From NCBI RefSeq assembly GCF_001642725.1, contig NZ_LSUQ01000027.1:1-35252 (forward strand): a DNA stretch of 35,252 bases, in the 5' to 3' direction. Of this stretch, positions 15,904-25,667 are shown piece after piece (position 1 is the first letter of the stretch; each line of letters opens with the position of its first letter). Under the pieces are notes generated by a model, which did not search any database, was not told the DNA's origin, and saw only the letters and a list, made by a program, of their open reading frames with translations. This stretch comes from Ferroacidibacillus organovorans (GTDB lineage: Bacteria; Bacillota; Bacilli; Alicyclobacillales; SLC66). The translations under genes were made by a program, and so were the position numbers.

Positions 15904-18627
15904 TCACCTCACCATAAAATACTTGCGTGCCTGCCCAATCAGATCGATCAGCGTTCCGCGCGCGATGGTTGGACTTGGCAGCGCGTTTAAAAAAACAGCG
16001 CCATACGGTTTATCATCGAGCCGGCGATCCAGCACGAAGACTGCGCCTTGATCTTTTGTGGAACGAATCAAGCGGCCAAACCCTTGTGTGAAACGAATCA
16101 CAGCCTGCGGTGTCTGATAGACAACAAACGGGTTTAACCCCTGTTTTCTGAGATGCTCTGACCGCGCTTGAACCACTGGGTGCGAAGGAACGGCAAAAGG
16201 AAGTTTCACGATGATCATACAGATAAGCGCACTCCCGGGAATGTCGATGCCCTCCCAGAAGCTTTGGACGCCAAATAAAACGGCGCGTTCGGATGCGCGA
16301 AATTGTTCGATCAGTGCATGTCGAGTGATCCCGTCTCGACCTTGTGTTAAGAGTTCCAAACGCTTCTGTTCCAAGTTTGCCCGAACCAACCGATCGCATT
16401 CGATCATCATCTGATAAGAAGTGAATAAAACGAGGGTACGCCCATGTGCCGCGTCGACGATCGTTTCGATGGAGCGAGCCGTATACGCCAAATACGACGG
16501 ATCATCGACTGTGGGACCGTCTTTTGGCAGGCAAAGCAGCACGTTTTTCCGGTAATCAAAGGGGGAGGCCGCGACCAAGGTTGTAACCCGCGCTGGCGGT
16601 TCAACAAATTGTAGTCCCGTCTGATTGAGGAAGTATTGAAATGTCCCTCCGCTGCGCAGCGTAGCCGATGTCGCAATCACCGCGCGTTTGACTGCGAATA
16701 AATGATCGTATAACAGTCGGCGCACAGAGAGCGGCGCCAGCGAAAATGTCAAATCAAATCCGCTTGGGTGTCTTGTCGCAGTCACCCAAGAAACAAACGC
16801 ATCCTCCCCTTTTTGGAGCAACAACACATCGGAAATGATTTCCAGAGCGTTAAGCCACTCGGATGCGCGCCCAAAAACGTCTTGTACGCGCCCGTGGAGC
16901 GCCTCATCGAGATCCTCGCTTGGCGAGAGGTTTTCGTACTGGCAAAGGGACGCCTCAAGGCCACTGCGCGCGTCGCCAAGTGCTTGCACAGACAGGATCA
17001 GCGGTGCGTAAGATGGCATGGAGAGCCAGTCTTTTGTGATGCGCTGTTCAGAAGCATCGGGTTGAAATACGTTTTTTGCGTGTCCGACCACATCGCGAAA
17101 CGCTTCAAACGCGTGGCGAATTCCATCGTGTAAACGCGTCGTGACAGAGAGATAGGGTGAGCTTTCTGCGTGCCCGGATGACGCGCGAACGCGCAGGTTT
17201 TGAAGCAAATCAGGGATGCCGCCGCGGGATGCGTTTAAACGCTCGTACATACGTCTTATTTCTCGTTCGCTCACTTCAGCACCGAAATGTTGTGTCGCCA
17301 GTTCTTCGAGGTGATGAGCTTCATCGAGCACGAGGAAATCGTATCCAGGAAGAACGCGGTGATCCGTGCGGATGTCTGATAAGACGAGCGCGTGATTGGT
17401 GATCACAACGGCGGCAGATGCTGCCTTTTGGCGTGCGCGATAGTAATAACAGTGACGAAAAAATGGACAGGAGCGCGCGATGCAACTTTCGGTTTCACTC
17501 TGTACATCGCGCCACAAGTGGCTGTGCAAAGGAGTGAAAAACAGCTCTTCGCGATCGCCCGTCTCGGTGTGCGTTACCCACGTCGCGATCTGCATTGCAA
17601 ACGCGAGATCATCGTCGCGCTGTGAAGGCGTTTCACGGACGACGTGGGCTGCTTTACGCAGACAGAGGTACTGGTTGCGCCCCTTCATGACAGTGACGCT
17701 GATCTCCTGATCGACAGCCTGCAGTGCGTTTACGACATCCTTTTCGATCAACTGTTTCTGGAGGGCCAGTGTGTGCGTCGATATGACGATCCGCTGGCCC
17801 TCTTTTGCCGCAAAGAGAAGGCTTGGAATGAGGTATGCGAGCGATTTCCCGGTTCCCGTTCCTGCCTCGACGACCACATGTTCATCCTTTTCTAATCCCT
17901 GCGCAATAGCGCGTAGCATGGTTCTTTGCGAAGGGCGGGATTCATACGAAAACGCGTTTAGCGCGGCCAAGCGCTCCGTCAAAATCACATCCGACAGATC
18001 TGCCAAGGGTACTTCTGCGCGCGCGCGCGTATCGTCTTCTTCGCGATCAAACAGGCGCTCAATCGGTTCGAGATTGCGAAACGAGAGACCGTGAATCATT
18101 TTTTGTGCAAAGCGCGCCGTGCGCAAGATTCTTGAATCAGCGATGTGAGTAAACCATGCGCGCTCTGCGCTCGTTCGCGCGTTCGCAGTGTACAAGGCAA
18201 ACGTTGATTCGGGCAGCGCGGACAGCGCTTCTGCAAGTTCTATGTGTGCCAGGCCTTTTTGTGATTTGCGCGAAGGGGCTGTCGTGGCAGATAGAGCGTG
18301 TTTGATCCAGGATAGATCAATGATTTGATCGAAAGGCAAAAAAGCGAGTCCTGCCCCTTCTAAGATAGCGCCGAGTTGCGAATGCGCATTCTCGTACGAT
18401 GAAAGAAAGACAGGTTGCTCGCCAATCACTGAGGTCATTTTTTCCCACAGTGAAGAGAGATCGAGGGACTGCTCGAGCTGTTTCACGTGATATTGTTTGC
18501 TCGTATTGTCATACTTCGCGCCGATTGTAAGAATGCGTGACGCTTCATGTGGAACTTCGAACAACGCAAGGGTTTGCACAATGGAGCGTTTAGCATCCCA
18601 CGCGTACGCGACTTGATAATTGGACAA
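15904..18627 (-). CDS. dinG: DinG-family ATP-dependent DNA helicase
   Basis: YESRPSQ Q-motif, EAGTGTGKS, DEAHH, TSATL, LFTSY, FWEGID, QGFGRLIR; four Cys (YLC; C-IARS-C-PFFRH-C). Confidence 0.95.
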   Translation of the reverse strand: MSNYQVAYAWDAKRSIVQTLALFEVPHEASRILTIGAKYDNTSKQYHVKQLEQSLDLSSLWEKMTSVIGEQPVFLSSYENAHSQLGAILEGAGLAFLPFDQIIDLSWIKHALSATTAPSRKSQKGLAHIELAEALSALPESTFALYTANARTSAERAWFTHIADSRILRTARFAQKMIHGLSFRNLEPIERLFDREEDDTRARAEVPLADLSDVILTERLAALNAFSYESRPSQRTMLRAIAQGLEKDEHVVVEAGTGTGKSLAYLIPSLLFAAKEGQRIVISTHTLALQKQLIEKDVVNALQAVDQEISVTVMKGRNQYLCLRKAAHVVRETPSQRDDDLAFAMQIATWVTHTETGDREELFFTPLHSHLWRDVQSETESCIARSCPFFRHCYYYRARQKAASAAVVITNHALVLSDIRTDHRVLPGYDFLVLDEAHHLEELATQHFGAEVSEREIRRMYERLNASRGGIPDLLQNLRVRASSGHAESSPYLSVTTRLHDGIRHAFEAFRDVVGHAKNVFQPDASEQRITKDWLSMPSYAPLILSVQALGDARSGLEASLCQYENLSPSEDLDEALHGRVQDVFGRASEWLNALEIISDVLLLQKGEDAFVSWVTATRHPSGFDLTFSLAPLSVRRLLYDHLFAVKRAVIATSATLRSGGTFQYFLNQTGLQFVEPPARVTTLVAASPFDYRKNVLLCLPKDGPTVDDPSYLAYTARSIETIVDAAHGRTLVLFTSYQMMIECDRLVRANLEQKRLELLTQGRDGITRHALIEQFRASERAVLFGVQSFWEGIDIPGSALICMIIVKLPFAVPSHPVVQARSEHLRKQGLNPFVVYQTPQAVIRFTQGFGRLIRSTKDQGAVFVLDRRLDDKPYGAVFLNALPSPTIARGTLIDLIGQARKYFMVR

Positions 18628-18676
18628 CGTGGCCCTCCTGCTCGCAACTTCTATCGTATTTGAAGATGGCTTATTC

Positions 18677-18706
18677 AGTATCTGAGAAAGTGCGGCCGCC
18701 TGTCAA
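18677..18706 (-). promoter_or_regulatory. Putative sigmaA promoter of dinG
   Basis: TTGACA-N18-GATACT on the minus strand. Confidence 0.5.
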
Positions 18707-18747
18707 TGGCGAGCAACGCTTGAATCTCCTGAAGTTGTCAAAGCACC

Positions 18748-20148
18748 TTAAGGCGTGACGGTATGTTCTGTTGGCCGTGTGTGCGCCTTCAGGAGTGAGC
18801 GCGCAGCGCGCAGGGAGGGTCGCAAAGAGAGTGCGACCCGCAGATTGCGCAGACCGCGCTGTGTATCTCCGCGCCTAAGATGAATTCGCCCCAACTCGTA
18901 CATCAAATCAGCGCGATCATCCGCTGAGGCGTGCTGGAGCGCATGGCTGAGCTGTTTTAGAGCCGCGGCATAATCACCGCGCTCACATGCGGCGCGCGCC
19001 ATGCCCGTCGCGCATAAAACGGTGATTTCAGCGTTCTCTTGAACAGTTTGAAACACGCGCAAAGCCTGTTTCCAGTCTTTTTTCGCCAGGTGCGCGTAAC
19101 CGAGGTGGAGCGTCGCCTGCACATGATTTCTCTGCACAGTCAACAGTGCTTTGAGTCGCGCGCACGCCACGTCAGGTTGTTTGCGCAAGAGATCGAGTTT
19201 GGATAGCCCAATCATCGCGTCTGGCCAGGTATGCGTAAATTGACGCGCCTTTAAGAAATGCGCTTCCGCTTCTTGCGTGCGTCTGAGCCGAAGCGCAAGA
19301 AAGCCGATTTCCACGTCGAGTTGTGGATCCCTTTTACAGAGTGGTTGCGCGTGGATAAGCGCGTTTCTCGCATCGTTCAAGCGACCGAGCGCCGCATATG
19401 CATTGCCGATGATTCGCCAGGCTGGACCATCTGCCTCATCGATCGATACAGCGTGTTGCGCACAGCGCAGCGCCTCAACCCACTGCTTTTCATGGGCGTG
19501 ACAAACCGCTAAATTGACCCACGTATCGCTTGCCCGCGGGCGTGCCACAACCACGTCTGTCAACTCGCGGATGGCTTCGGGAATACGCTTTGCGCGTACG
19601 TAGAGTTCCGCCTGCGCATCTTTTGCGGCGGCAATCAAGAGTGGGTCTGTGACGGCGCTTCGCAGGTGTGCGAGATGAGCTTCGGCGCATTGTGCATCAT
19701 TTTGAGCGATGCAACTATAAATGAGAAAAAGTCGTGCGATGTTCATGACCGGATCGCTCTCAACCAAGCGTTCAAAGACGAGGCGAGAATCTTCAAACAT
19801 CAACAACTCAAAATATCCCATGCCCCGTCGAAACAGCGATAGCCCCTGCTCACTCGCAAGCGCGGTTCCCATGTCTTTGGCCAAATCGAACGCGTGCGCT
19901 TCTTCTGGTTCACTCGCACTCCATTCCGTGTCGGTTATAAGCGGCGCGTGACGGTCTGTATCGCCTAGTAACGCTTCGATTTCTTCATCGCGCGCAACCC
20001 ACCATGCGAGCATGTGTCGCTCAAACGTTTGATACGCGCGGAGTGTGCGACTTAGCGCTGCGCGTTGCGTTTCGTCTGCCCCTTTTAAGGCTTGTGAGAT
20101 GCGATGGAGTTCTTCTTTAAAGCGTCTGCAATCGTCTTCAAACATCAT
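18748..20148 (-). CDS. Tetratricopeptide repeat protein
   Basis: Repeated ~34-aa helical units (WVNLAVCH, WRIIGNAYAALG, LHLGYAHL, YELGRIHL); RBS GAGGCGG. Confidence 0.88.
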   Translation of the reverse strand: MMFEDDCRRFKEELHRISQALKGADETQRAALSRTLRAYQTFERHMLAWWVARDEEIEALLGDTDRHAPLITDTEWSASEPEEAHAFDLAKDMGTALASEQGLSLFRRGMGYFELLMFEDSRLVFERLVESDPVMNIARLFLIYSCIAQNDAQCAEAHLAHLRSAVTDPLLIAAAKDAQAELYVRAKRIPEAIRELTDVVVARPRASDTWVNLAVCHAHEKQWVEALRCAQHAVSIDEADGPAWRIIGNAYAALGRLNDARNALIHAQPLCKRDPQLDVEIGFLALRLRRTQEAEAHFLKARQFTHTWPDAMIGLSKLDLLRKQPDVACARLKALLTVQRNHVQATLHLGYAHLAKKDWKQALRVFQTVQENAEITVLCATGMARAACERGDYAAALKQLSHALQHASADDRADLMYELGRIHLRRGDTQRGLRNLRVALSLRPSLRAARSLLKAHTRPTEHTVTP

Positions 20149-20260
20149 AGAGACACCGCCTCACGCGCAAGATCGTAATACGTAAAATGTGCGCGAGGTT
20201 GTGTCTCGTTATGCAAGGATGTTTCTTATTGCGAAATGAACAATCTTTTGCAAGCAAGTT

Positions 20261-21103
20261 TCAGAAAGACGCGCGCCACTCAAGATTGTCAATCAATCTT
20301 GTCTTTCCAAGGTAGATCGCGCCTGCAATCAGACAGGGTGTTTGCTCTGGCGCGTGAAGAAGCGGTGCCAGCGTCTCATCGTCGTACACATTTAGATAGT
20401 CGATGCGAAACCCGGATTCCTCCAGTTTTGCGCATCCTATTGCGAGCCGTTCTGCAACGGATTCACCGGGTCGAAGCGCGTCCCGCAGTTCGCGCAGCGT
20501 TTGATTGAACTGTGGCGCGCGCGCGCGCTCCTCTTCACTCAAATAGACATTGCGTGAGCTGAGTGCGAGTCCGTCCGATTCACGTACGATTTCACACGGC
20601 ACAATATCAACTGCCATGGAAAGGTCCGCGACCATTCGTTTTAAAATTCGCCACTGTTGTGCATCCTTTTTTCCAAAATAGGCGTGTGTCGGTTGTACTA
20701 AATGGAAGAGTTTAGAAACGACGGTACACACACCGTCAAAGTGCCCTTTGCGACTCGCGCCGCAGAGATGGTTACCAAGTTCGCGCACGTGGACGGATGT
20801 GAGCACCGGTTGCCGCCCGTACATCTCAGAGACACTCGGTGTGAATACCTGATCGACGCCCAGTGACTCGCAAAGCGCGAGGTCTCGCTCCATATCGCGC
20901 GGATAGCGCTCGAAATCTTCATTTGGCGCAAATTGAAGCGGATTGACAAAAATGGAGACGATGACCGTCTCATTTTCCGCGCGTGCGCGCTTGATCAGTG
21001 AGGCGTGCCCATCGTGCAGAAAACCCATGGTTGGAACAAAGCCTACAGTCGCCTGGTCGGGGTGCGCCTCACGCAATTCGTTTTGGGTTTCAATCCGCCT
21101 CAC
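20261..21103 (-). CDS. panC: Pantoate--beta-alanine ligase
   Basis: FVPTMGFLHDGH, SIFVNPLQF, AYFGKKDAQQ, DGLALSSRN, RLIDN; GTG 21103 after AAGGGG. Confidence 0.97.
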   Translation of the reverse strand: MRRIETQNELREAHPDQATVGFVPTMGFLHDGHASLIKRARAENETVIVSIFVNPLQFAPNEDFERYPRDMERDLALCESLGVDQVFTPSVSEMYGRQPVLTSVHVRELGNHLCGASRKGHFDGVCTVVSKLFHLVQPTHAYFGKKDAQQWRILKRMVADLSMAVDIVPCEIVRESDGLALSSRNVYLSEEERARAPQFNQTLRELRDALRPGESVAERLAIGCAKLEESGFRIDYLNVYDDETLAPLLHAPEQTPCLIAGAIYLGKTRLIDNLEWRASF

Positions 21104-21965
21104 GCGGAGCGCCCCTTTCGCCTGTGCCATAAAGTTGATCGAGTTCATCGACGTGAATCTCATACGTATATTCGGCGGTCGGAAAGGAGCTTTGTTTGAC
21201 GTCATTTCGGTAGGCTAGAAGCGCGCTACGCGTCACTTCGTGGAGCGACGCGTAGGATTTGACGAATTTTGCAGTGTCCTGCCCGTGCATGCCCAATACG
21301 TCGTGATACACAAGCACCTGTCCAGAACACGCTGCGCCGGCCCCGATGCCGATGGTGGGGATGGCGAGTTGTTCTGTCACAAGCGCGCCGACATCGTTTG
21401 GGACGCATTCTAACACCAACAAAAAGGCGCCAGCCGCTTCAAGCGCGCGCGCATCTTCTAGCAGACGCTGTGCAGTCTCTTTGTCTCGCCCTTGAACGCG
21501 GTACCCACCAAGCTTTAGCACCGCCTGTGGCGTTAAACCAAGGTGTGCACAGACAGGGATTCCGGCGTTTATCAGGACCTCGACATGCGGCAAGATCTCG
21601 CGGCCACCTTCGAGTTTTAGTCCGTCGGCATGCGCTTCTTGCATGACGCGCATCGCGTTTTTTAGCGAGACTTGGGGATCGCCGTGATATGTGGCAAACG
21701 GAAGATCGACGAGCATCATCGTGTTTTGTGCGCCCCGGCGCACCGCCTTTGCGTGATGGATCATCTCATCGAGCGTCACCGGAATCGTCGTGTCATACCC
21801 AAGCATGACCATGCCGACCGAATCGCCAACCAAGATGATGTCCATCTCGGCTTCTTCAGCCAACCGGGCTTGATTCGCGTCATACGCGGTGACCATCGCA
21901 ATTTTCTCAGCTTTTTGCTTCATCGCGCGAAGTGTTCGCGTCGTGTGACGTCTGTTCAATGCCAT
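21090..21965 (-). CDS. panB: 3-methyl-2-oxobutanoate hydroxymethyltransferase
   Basis: MVTAYD, ILVGDS, KLEGG, HLGLTPQ, TIGIGAG, GQVLVYHD. Confidence 0.98.
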   Translation of the reverse strand: MALNRRHTTRTLRAMKQKAEKIAMVTAYDANQARLAEEAEMDIILVGDSVGMVMLGYDTTIPVTLDEMIHHAKAVRRGAQNTMMLVDLPFATYHGDPQVSLKNAMRVMQEAHADGLKLEGGREILPHVEVLINAGIPVCAHLGLTPQAVLKLGGYRVQGRDKETAQRLLEDARALEAAGAFLLVLECVPNDVGALVTEQLAIPTIGIGAGAACSGQVLVYHDVLGMHGQDTAKFVKSYASLHEVTRSALLAYRNDVKQSSFPTAEYTYEIHVDELDQLYGTGERGAPREAD

Positions 21966-21989
21966 GCTTTGCGCCCTCCTCGCTTCTCA

Positions 21990-22820
21990 TTACAGTGAAA
22001 ATCTCATCCCTTCAAGTGGCGCGGTTTCAACGATCTCCCCGCTGAAAAGCGTGTGGCGATTCCCTGCGTGATCCCGCAAAAAGAGTGTTCCGTGCTCATC
22101 GATCGCTTCCGCGACACCTTCTAAAACCTCACTCCCGTGCACAGCGCGCACGTGTTTGCCAAGCGTCTCACACGAAGCGCGATACGCGTCAATCCGATCA
22201 CCAAAGCGCAGTCCTTCCGCCACATCCCGTTTTAACATTGCGAGCGCGTGAATCAGGGCGCTCGCCAAGTGATTTCTGTCCACGGTCACGCCGAGCGATT
22301 CAAAGGATGTCGCGCGGTTTTTGACATCATCCGGCGTGCTCAAAAGGTCGAGACGGACGTTGACGCCGATTCCCGTAATCATCACGGCGCGATCTTCAAG
22401 CTGGCGCGCCTCAGTGAGAATGCCGCACACCTTCTTTCCGCCTGCGAGAAGGTCGTTTGGCCACTTTACAGTGAGATCCATTGCAGTCTGTTCTGCAAGC
22501 GCGTCGCGCACGCACAGTGCGACCAAAAGTGGCCAGGCATCAGGGATCAGGGGGCCCTGAATCGCGTGTGCGTAGGTAAAGAAGAGTCCATTTCCCGGTT
22601 GGGAGACCCAACTCCTGCCGCGCCTTCCCCGACCTGCGGTCTGCTCTTCTGCGAGAACAGCAACCCACGTCAGATGGTCGTGCAACATCGTCTCGCGCGC
22701 AACGTCATTGGTCGATGTCACAGACGGAAAAACGAGTACAGCGCCTTCGCGCAATACGCGCGCACCCTCTCTCATCCGTTTGAGATCGCGTTCGATCACG
22801 TTTGCGTCAAGCATCTCCAT
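21990..22820 (-). CDS. birA: Biotin--protein ligase lacking the N-terminal HTH (group I)
   Basis: STN, QTAGRGRRGRSW, KWPND, KKVCGILTE, GIGVN; only ~35 aa before the catalytic domain. Confidence 0.93.
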   Translation of the reverse strand: MEMLDANVIERDLKRMREGARVLREGAVLVFPSVTSTNDVARETMLHDHLTWVAVLAEEQTAGRGRRGRSWVSQPGNGLFFTYAHAIQGPLIPDAWPLLVALCVRDALAEQTAMDLTVKWPNDLLAGGKKVCGILTEARQLEDRAVMITGIGVNVRLDLLSTPDDVKNRATSFESLGVTVDRNHLASALIHALAMLKRDVAEGLRFGDRIDAYRASCETLGKHVRAVHGSEVLEGVAEAIDEHGTLFLRDHAGNRHTLFSGEIVETAPLEGMRFSL

Positions 22821-22826
22821 GCTTTA

Positions 22827-23981
22827 TTATGCACTCCCTTTTTCTGCGCCTTCCGACTTTTGCGAGCTCTCAATCAGGCACTCGTAGAGGCGTTCGTAGC
22901 TCGAAACGATTTCACTTGCCGAGAATTGCGCCGCGCGTGCGCGCGCCGCGCGCGAATAGGCACTCCACAAGCGATCGTTCGAGAGGAGCGCTTGCGCATT
23001 TTTCGCCATGTCTTCCACATCGCCGATGGGAGAAAGCAGACCTGATTTTCCGTGTTCGACAACCTCTGGAATGCCACCTGCAAGAGACCCGATGACAGGG
23101 ACACCACACGCCATCGCCTCAAGGGCGACTAACCCGAAACTCTCTTTTTCTGAAGGCAGCAACAGCAAATCTGCCGCGGAGAGAAGCGCTGCGACTTCGT
23201 CTCGTTTGCCAAGAAAGTGAATATCACGCGCCATTCCCATTTCCTCACTCATGCGCCACGCCGCGTCAAGGTCTGGGCCTTCCCCAATAAGGATGAGTTT
23301 GGCGGGAAGCGATTCGCGCACCTTAAAAAACGTCGCGAGTACGTCGCTCACTCTTTTTACAGGGCGAAAATTGGAGACGTGCATCAGCACCTTTTCACCG
23401 TTTGGCGAAAAGCGTTTTCGCCACTCGTTCTTTGTCGTCCTTTTGTAGAGTTGAAGATCGACAAAATTGCTGATCTTGATCATCGACTGGCGCGGCCCGA
23501 ACAACTCAATGGTCTGATCGATCAAACTTTTTGACACGGCCGTGACGAGATCGCTTTTTTCGATTCCCAGGCGGATCAATCTGCGCAAAAGCGGATCTTC
23601 TGCAAGCACAGTGATGTCCGTTCCGTGCAAAGTCGTCACGATGCGCACAGGGTGATTGTAAAGCATTTCACGCGCGAGAAACGCGCAAACGGCATACGGC
23701 ATGGCATAGTGGACATGCAACACATGAAGATCATAATGCTTGATGACATCCGCCATTTTGGCGGCGAGCGCGAGATCGATTGGCGAAGAGTGAAGCACCG
23801 GGTAGCTTGCTGTCTCGACTTCGTGAATGAAGATGTTTTCTTGAAACAGTCCGAGCCGAAAAGGGATTCCCGACACGATAAAATGCACCTCGTGGCCGCG
23901 TGCCGCGAGCGCTTTTCCCAGTTCCGTTGCGACCGCACCCGAACCGCCGAGCGTCGCGTAACAACTGATGCCGATTCTCAA
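22827..23981 (-). CDS. bshA: N-acetyl-alpha-D-glucosaminyl L-malate synthase (bacillithiol biosynthesis)
   Basis: [51 protein letters not shown]; synteny with mgsA. Confidence 0.96.
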   Translation of the reverse strand: MRIGISCYATLGGSGAVATELGKALAARGHEVHFIVSGIPFRLGLFQENIFIHEVETASYPVLHSSPIDLALAAKMADVIKHYDLHVLHVHYAMPYAVCAFLAREMLYNHPVRIVTTLHGTDITVLAEDPLLRRLIRLGIEKSDLVTAVSKSLIDQTIELFGPRQSMIKISNFVDLQLYKRTTKNEWRKRFSPNGEKVLMHVSNFRPVKRVSDVLATFFKVRESLPAKLILIGEGPDLDAAWRMSEEMGMARDIHFLGKRDEVAALLSAADLLLLPSEKESFGLVALEAMACGVPVIGSLAGGIPEVVEHGKSGLLSPIGDVEDMAKNAQALLSNDRLWSAYSRAARARAAQFSASEIVSSYERLYECLIESSQKSEGAEKGSA

Positions 23982-24406
23982 CGTGCGTCTCCCTCTGGAA
24001 GCTCCTGTTCCTCTTTAATCACGTCGCGCCACAGAAAATCTCCACGCCACAGCCCGCGCACAAGAATTTCTGCGGTCGCCACATTTGTGGCAACGGGAAT
24101 CGCATGCACGTCACATAGCCGCAAAAGCGCGATGATGTCAGGTTCGTGCGGTTGCGCGAGAAGTGGGTCGCGCAGAAAAATGAGCAAATCCAGCCGATTT
24201 TCGGCGATGAGCGCTCCAATCTGCTGATCGCCGCCAAGCGGTCCGCTTTGGAAACGCTGGATGTGTAGGTTCGTCGCCTCTAGAATGCGCTTGCCAGTCG
24301 TTCCTGTCGCGTACAATTCGTGACCTTCAAACAAACGTTCGTAGGCAATCGTAAAGTTGACGAGATCCTCTTTTTTTGAATCGTGTGCAACGAGTGCAAT
24401 GCGCAT
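23978..24406 (-). CDS. mgsA: Methylglyoxal synthase
   Basis: [41 protein letters not shown]. Confidence 0.97.
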   Translation of the reverse strand: MRIALVAHDSKKEDLVNFTIAYERLFEGHELYATGTTGKRILEATNLHIQRFQSGPLGGDQQIGALIAENRLDLLIFLRDPLLAQPHEPDIIALLRLCDVHAIPVATNVATAEILVRGLWRGDFLWRDVIKEEQELPEGDAR

Positions 24407-24441
24407 CGCTTTATGCCATCTCCCCTGGTAACCAATCGTCA

Positions 24442-25182
24442 TTAACGGAGCAGGTGATCGAGTCCAACGGTGAGCCCTGTCAGCGCCTGTACATTCCTGA
24501 CTGAAAGCAGCACGCCCTGCATAAAACTTTCGCGCGACATCGAGTCATGCCGGAGCGTAAAGCGCTCGCCGTCACCGCCAAAAATGACTTCCTGATGAGC
24601 AATAAAACCGGGTAAGCGGACGCTGTGAATCGGGATTTTTCGCGGTGATTCACGCGTGGTGCGCGCGCGGTATCGCTGATCAAGCGCTTGCTCAATGCGC
24701 TCTGCCGTTCGCTTGGCCGTTCCTGACGGTGCGTCGCGTTTTTGTTCATGGTGGTATTCAATGATCTCGACGTGATCGAAAAAACGGGAGGCGATCTCTG
24801 CCATTTGCATCATGAGGATTGCCCCGATTGCAAAATTTGGGACATAGAGTCCGCCGATGCCTGCGTTTTTTAACGCACGGTCGTATGCTTCTAACTCGTC
24901 GTCGCGAAAACCAGTCGTTCCGATGACAGGCGATACCCCCGCTTCAATCGCACGCGGGATGATCGCGCGACTCGCGTCTGCGTGTGTAAAGTCGACCACG
25001 ACATCGACTCGCTCTGTTAAAAAGCATTGCAGCGGATCATCATAGACGGGAATCATTGCATCCTGCGGATCTGCCTTTCGGTCAAGGAGTGCGACGAGTT
25101 CGAGATCTTCCGCCTGCATGAGCGCACGCACCGTTTCGCGCCCCATCTTTCCCCGTGGTCCCGCTACAGCCGTGCGGATCAT
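24442..25182 (-). CDS. dapB: 4-hydroxy-tetrahydrodipicolinate reductase
   Basis: [46 protein letters not shown]. Confidence 0.97.
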   Translation of the reverse strand: MIRTAVAGPRGKMGRETVRALMQAEDLELVALLDRKADPQDAMIPVYDDPLQCFLTERVDVVVDFTHADASRAIIPRAIEAGVSPVIGTTGFRDDELEAYDRALKNAGIGGLYVPNFAIGAILMMQMAEIASRFFDHVEIIEYHHEQKRDAPSGTAKRTAERIEQALDQRYRARTTRESPRKIPIHSVRLPGFIAHQEVIFGGDGERFTLRHDSMSRESFMQGVLLSVRNVQALTGLTVGLDHLLR

Positions 25183-25511
25183 CGCAAAACATCCTTTCTC
25201 GTAAAGCGATCCGCATCGCGCGTTCGAAACTTCTCCATGACGGCCGTATGCGCGTCATCGAGGGAAAGATGGAGCTGATTCGCAAGACACGCCATCACAA
25301 AGAGCATGTCACCCAGTTCCAACGCGATATTTCCTTCCGGTTCTGTTGCCTTTTTCTGCTTTTCTCCGTAGTGGTGGTTGACTTCCCGCGCCAATTCCCC
25401 CAACTCTTCGGTCAGTCGAACGACCAACGTCATGGGATGAAAATACCCTTCTTGAAACTGAGAGATAAACTCATCCACGTCACGTTGAACGTCGGAAAGC
25501 GTGCGCGCCAT
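25179..25511 (-). CDS. ypjD: MazG-like nucleotide pyrophosphohydrolase YpjD
   Basis: RLTEELGELAREVNH, ELGDMLF, KFRTRDADRF; ATG 25511 after GAGGAG. Confidence 0.93.
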   Translation of the reverse strand: MARTLSDVQRDVDEFISQFQEGYFHPMTLVVRLTEELGELAREVNHHYGEKQKKATEPEGNIALELGDMLFVMACLANQLHLSLDDAHTAVMEKFRTRDADRFTRKDVLR

Positions 25512-25592
25512 TGCTCGGTTCTCCTCTTCTAAATGCGTCTTGTCCACTAGTATATCGGTCATTACCATTCTCGTCCAACTGCACAGCCTGTC

Positions 25593-25621
25593 TCATATGC
25601 GTTCAATGTCTTACATAGTAG
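25593..25621 (+). promoter_or_regulatory. Putative sigmaE promoter of ylbJ
   Basis: TCATATG-N14-CATAGTAG upstream of a mother-cell sporulation gene. Confidence 0.5.
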
Positions 25622-25667
25622 TAGAGGGAGTCTGATGAACCATTCTAGCGAAAGGAGGTATCGCGCG

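Noticed and set aside
18628..18747. LexA (Cheo) box upstream of dinG
   Set aside because: No GAAC-N4-GTTC match; only a loose TGAA-N9-TTCA.
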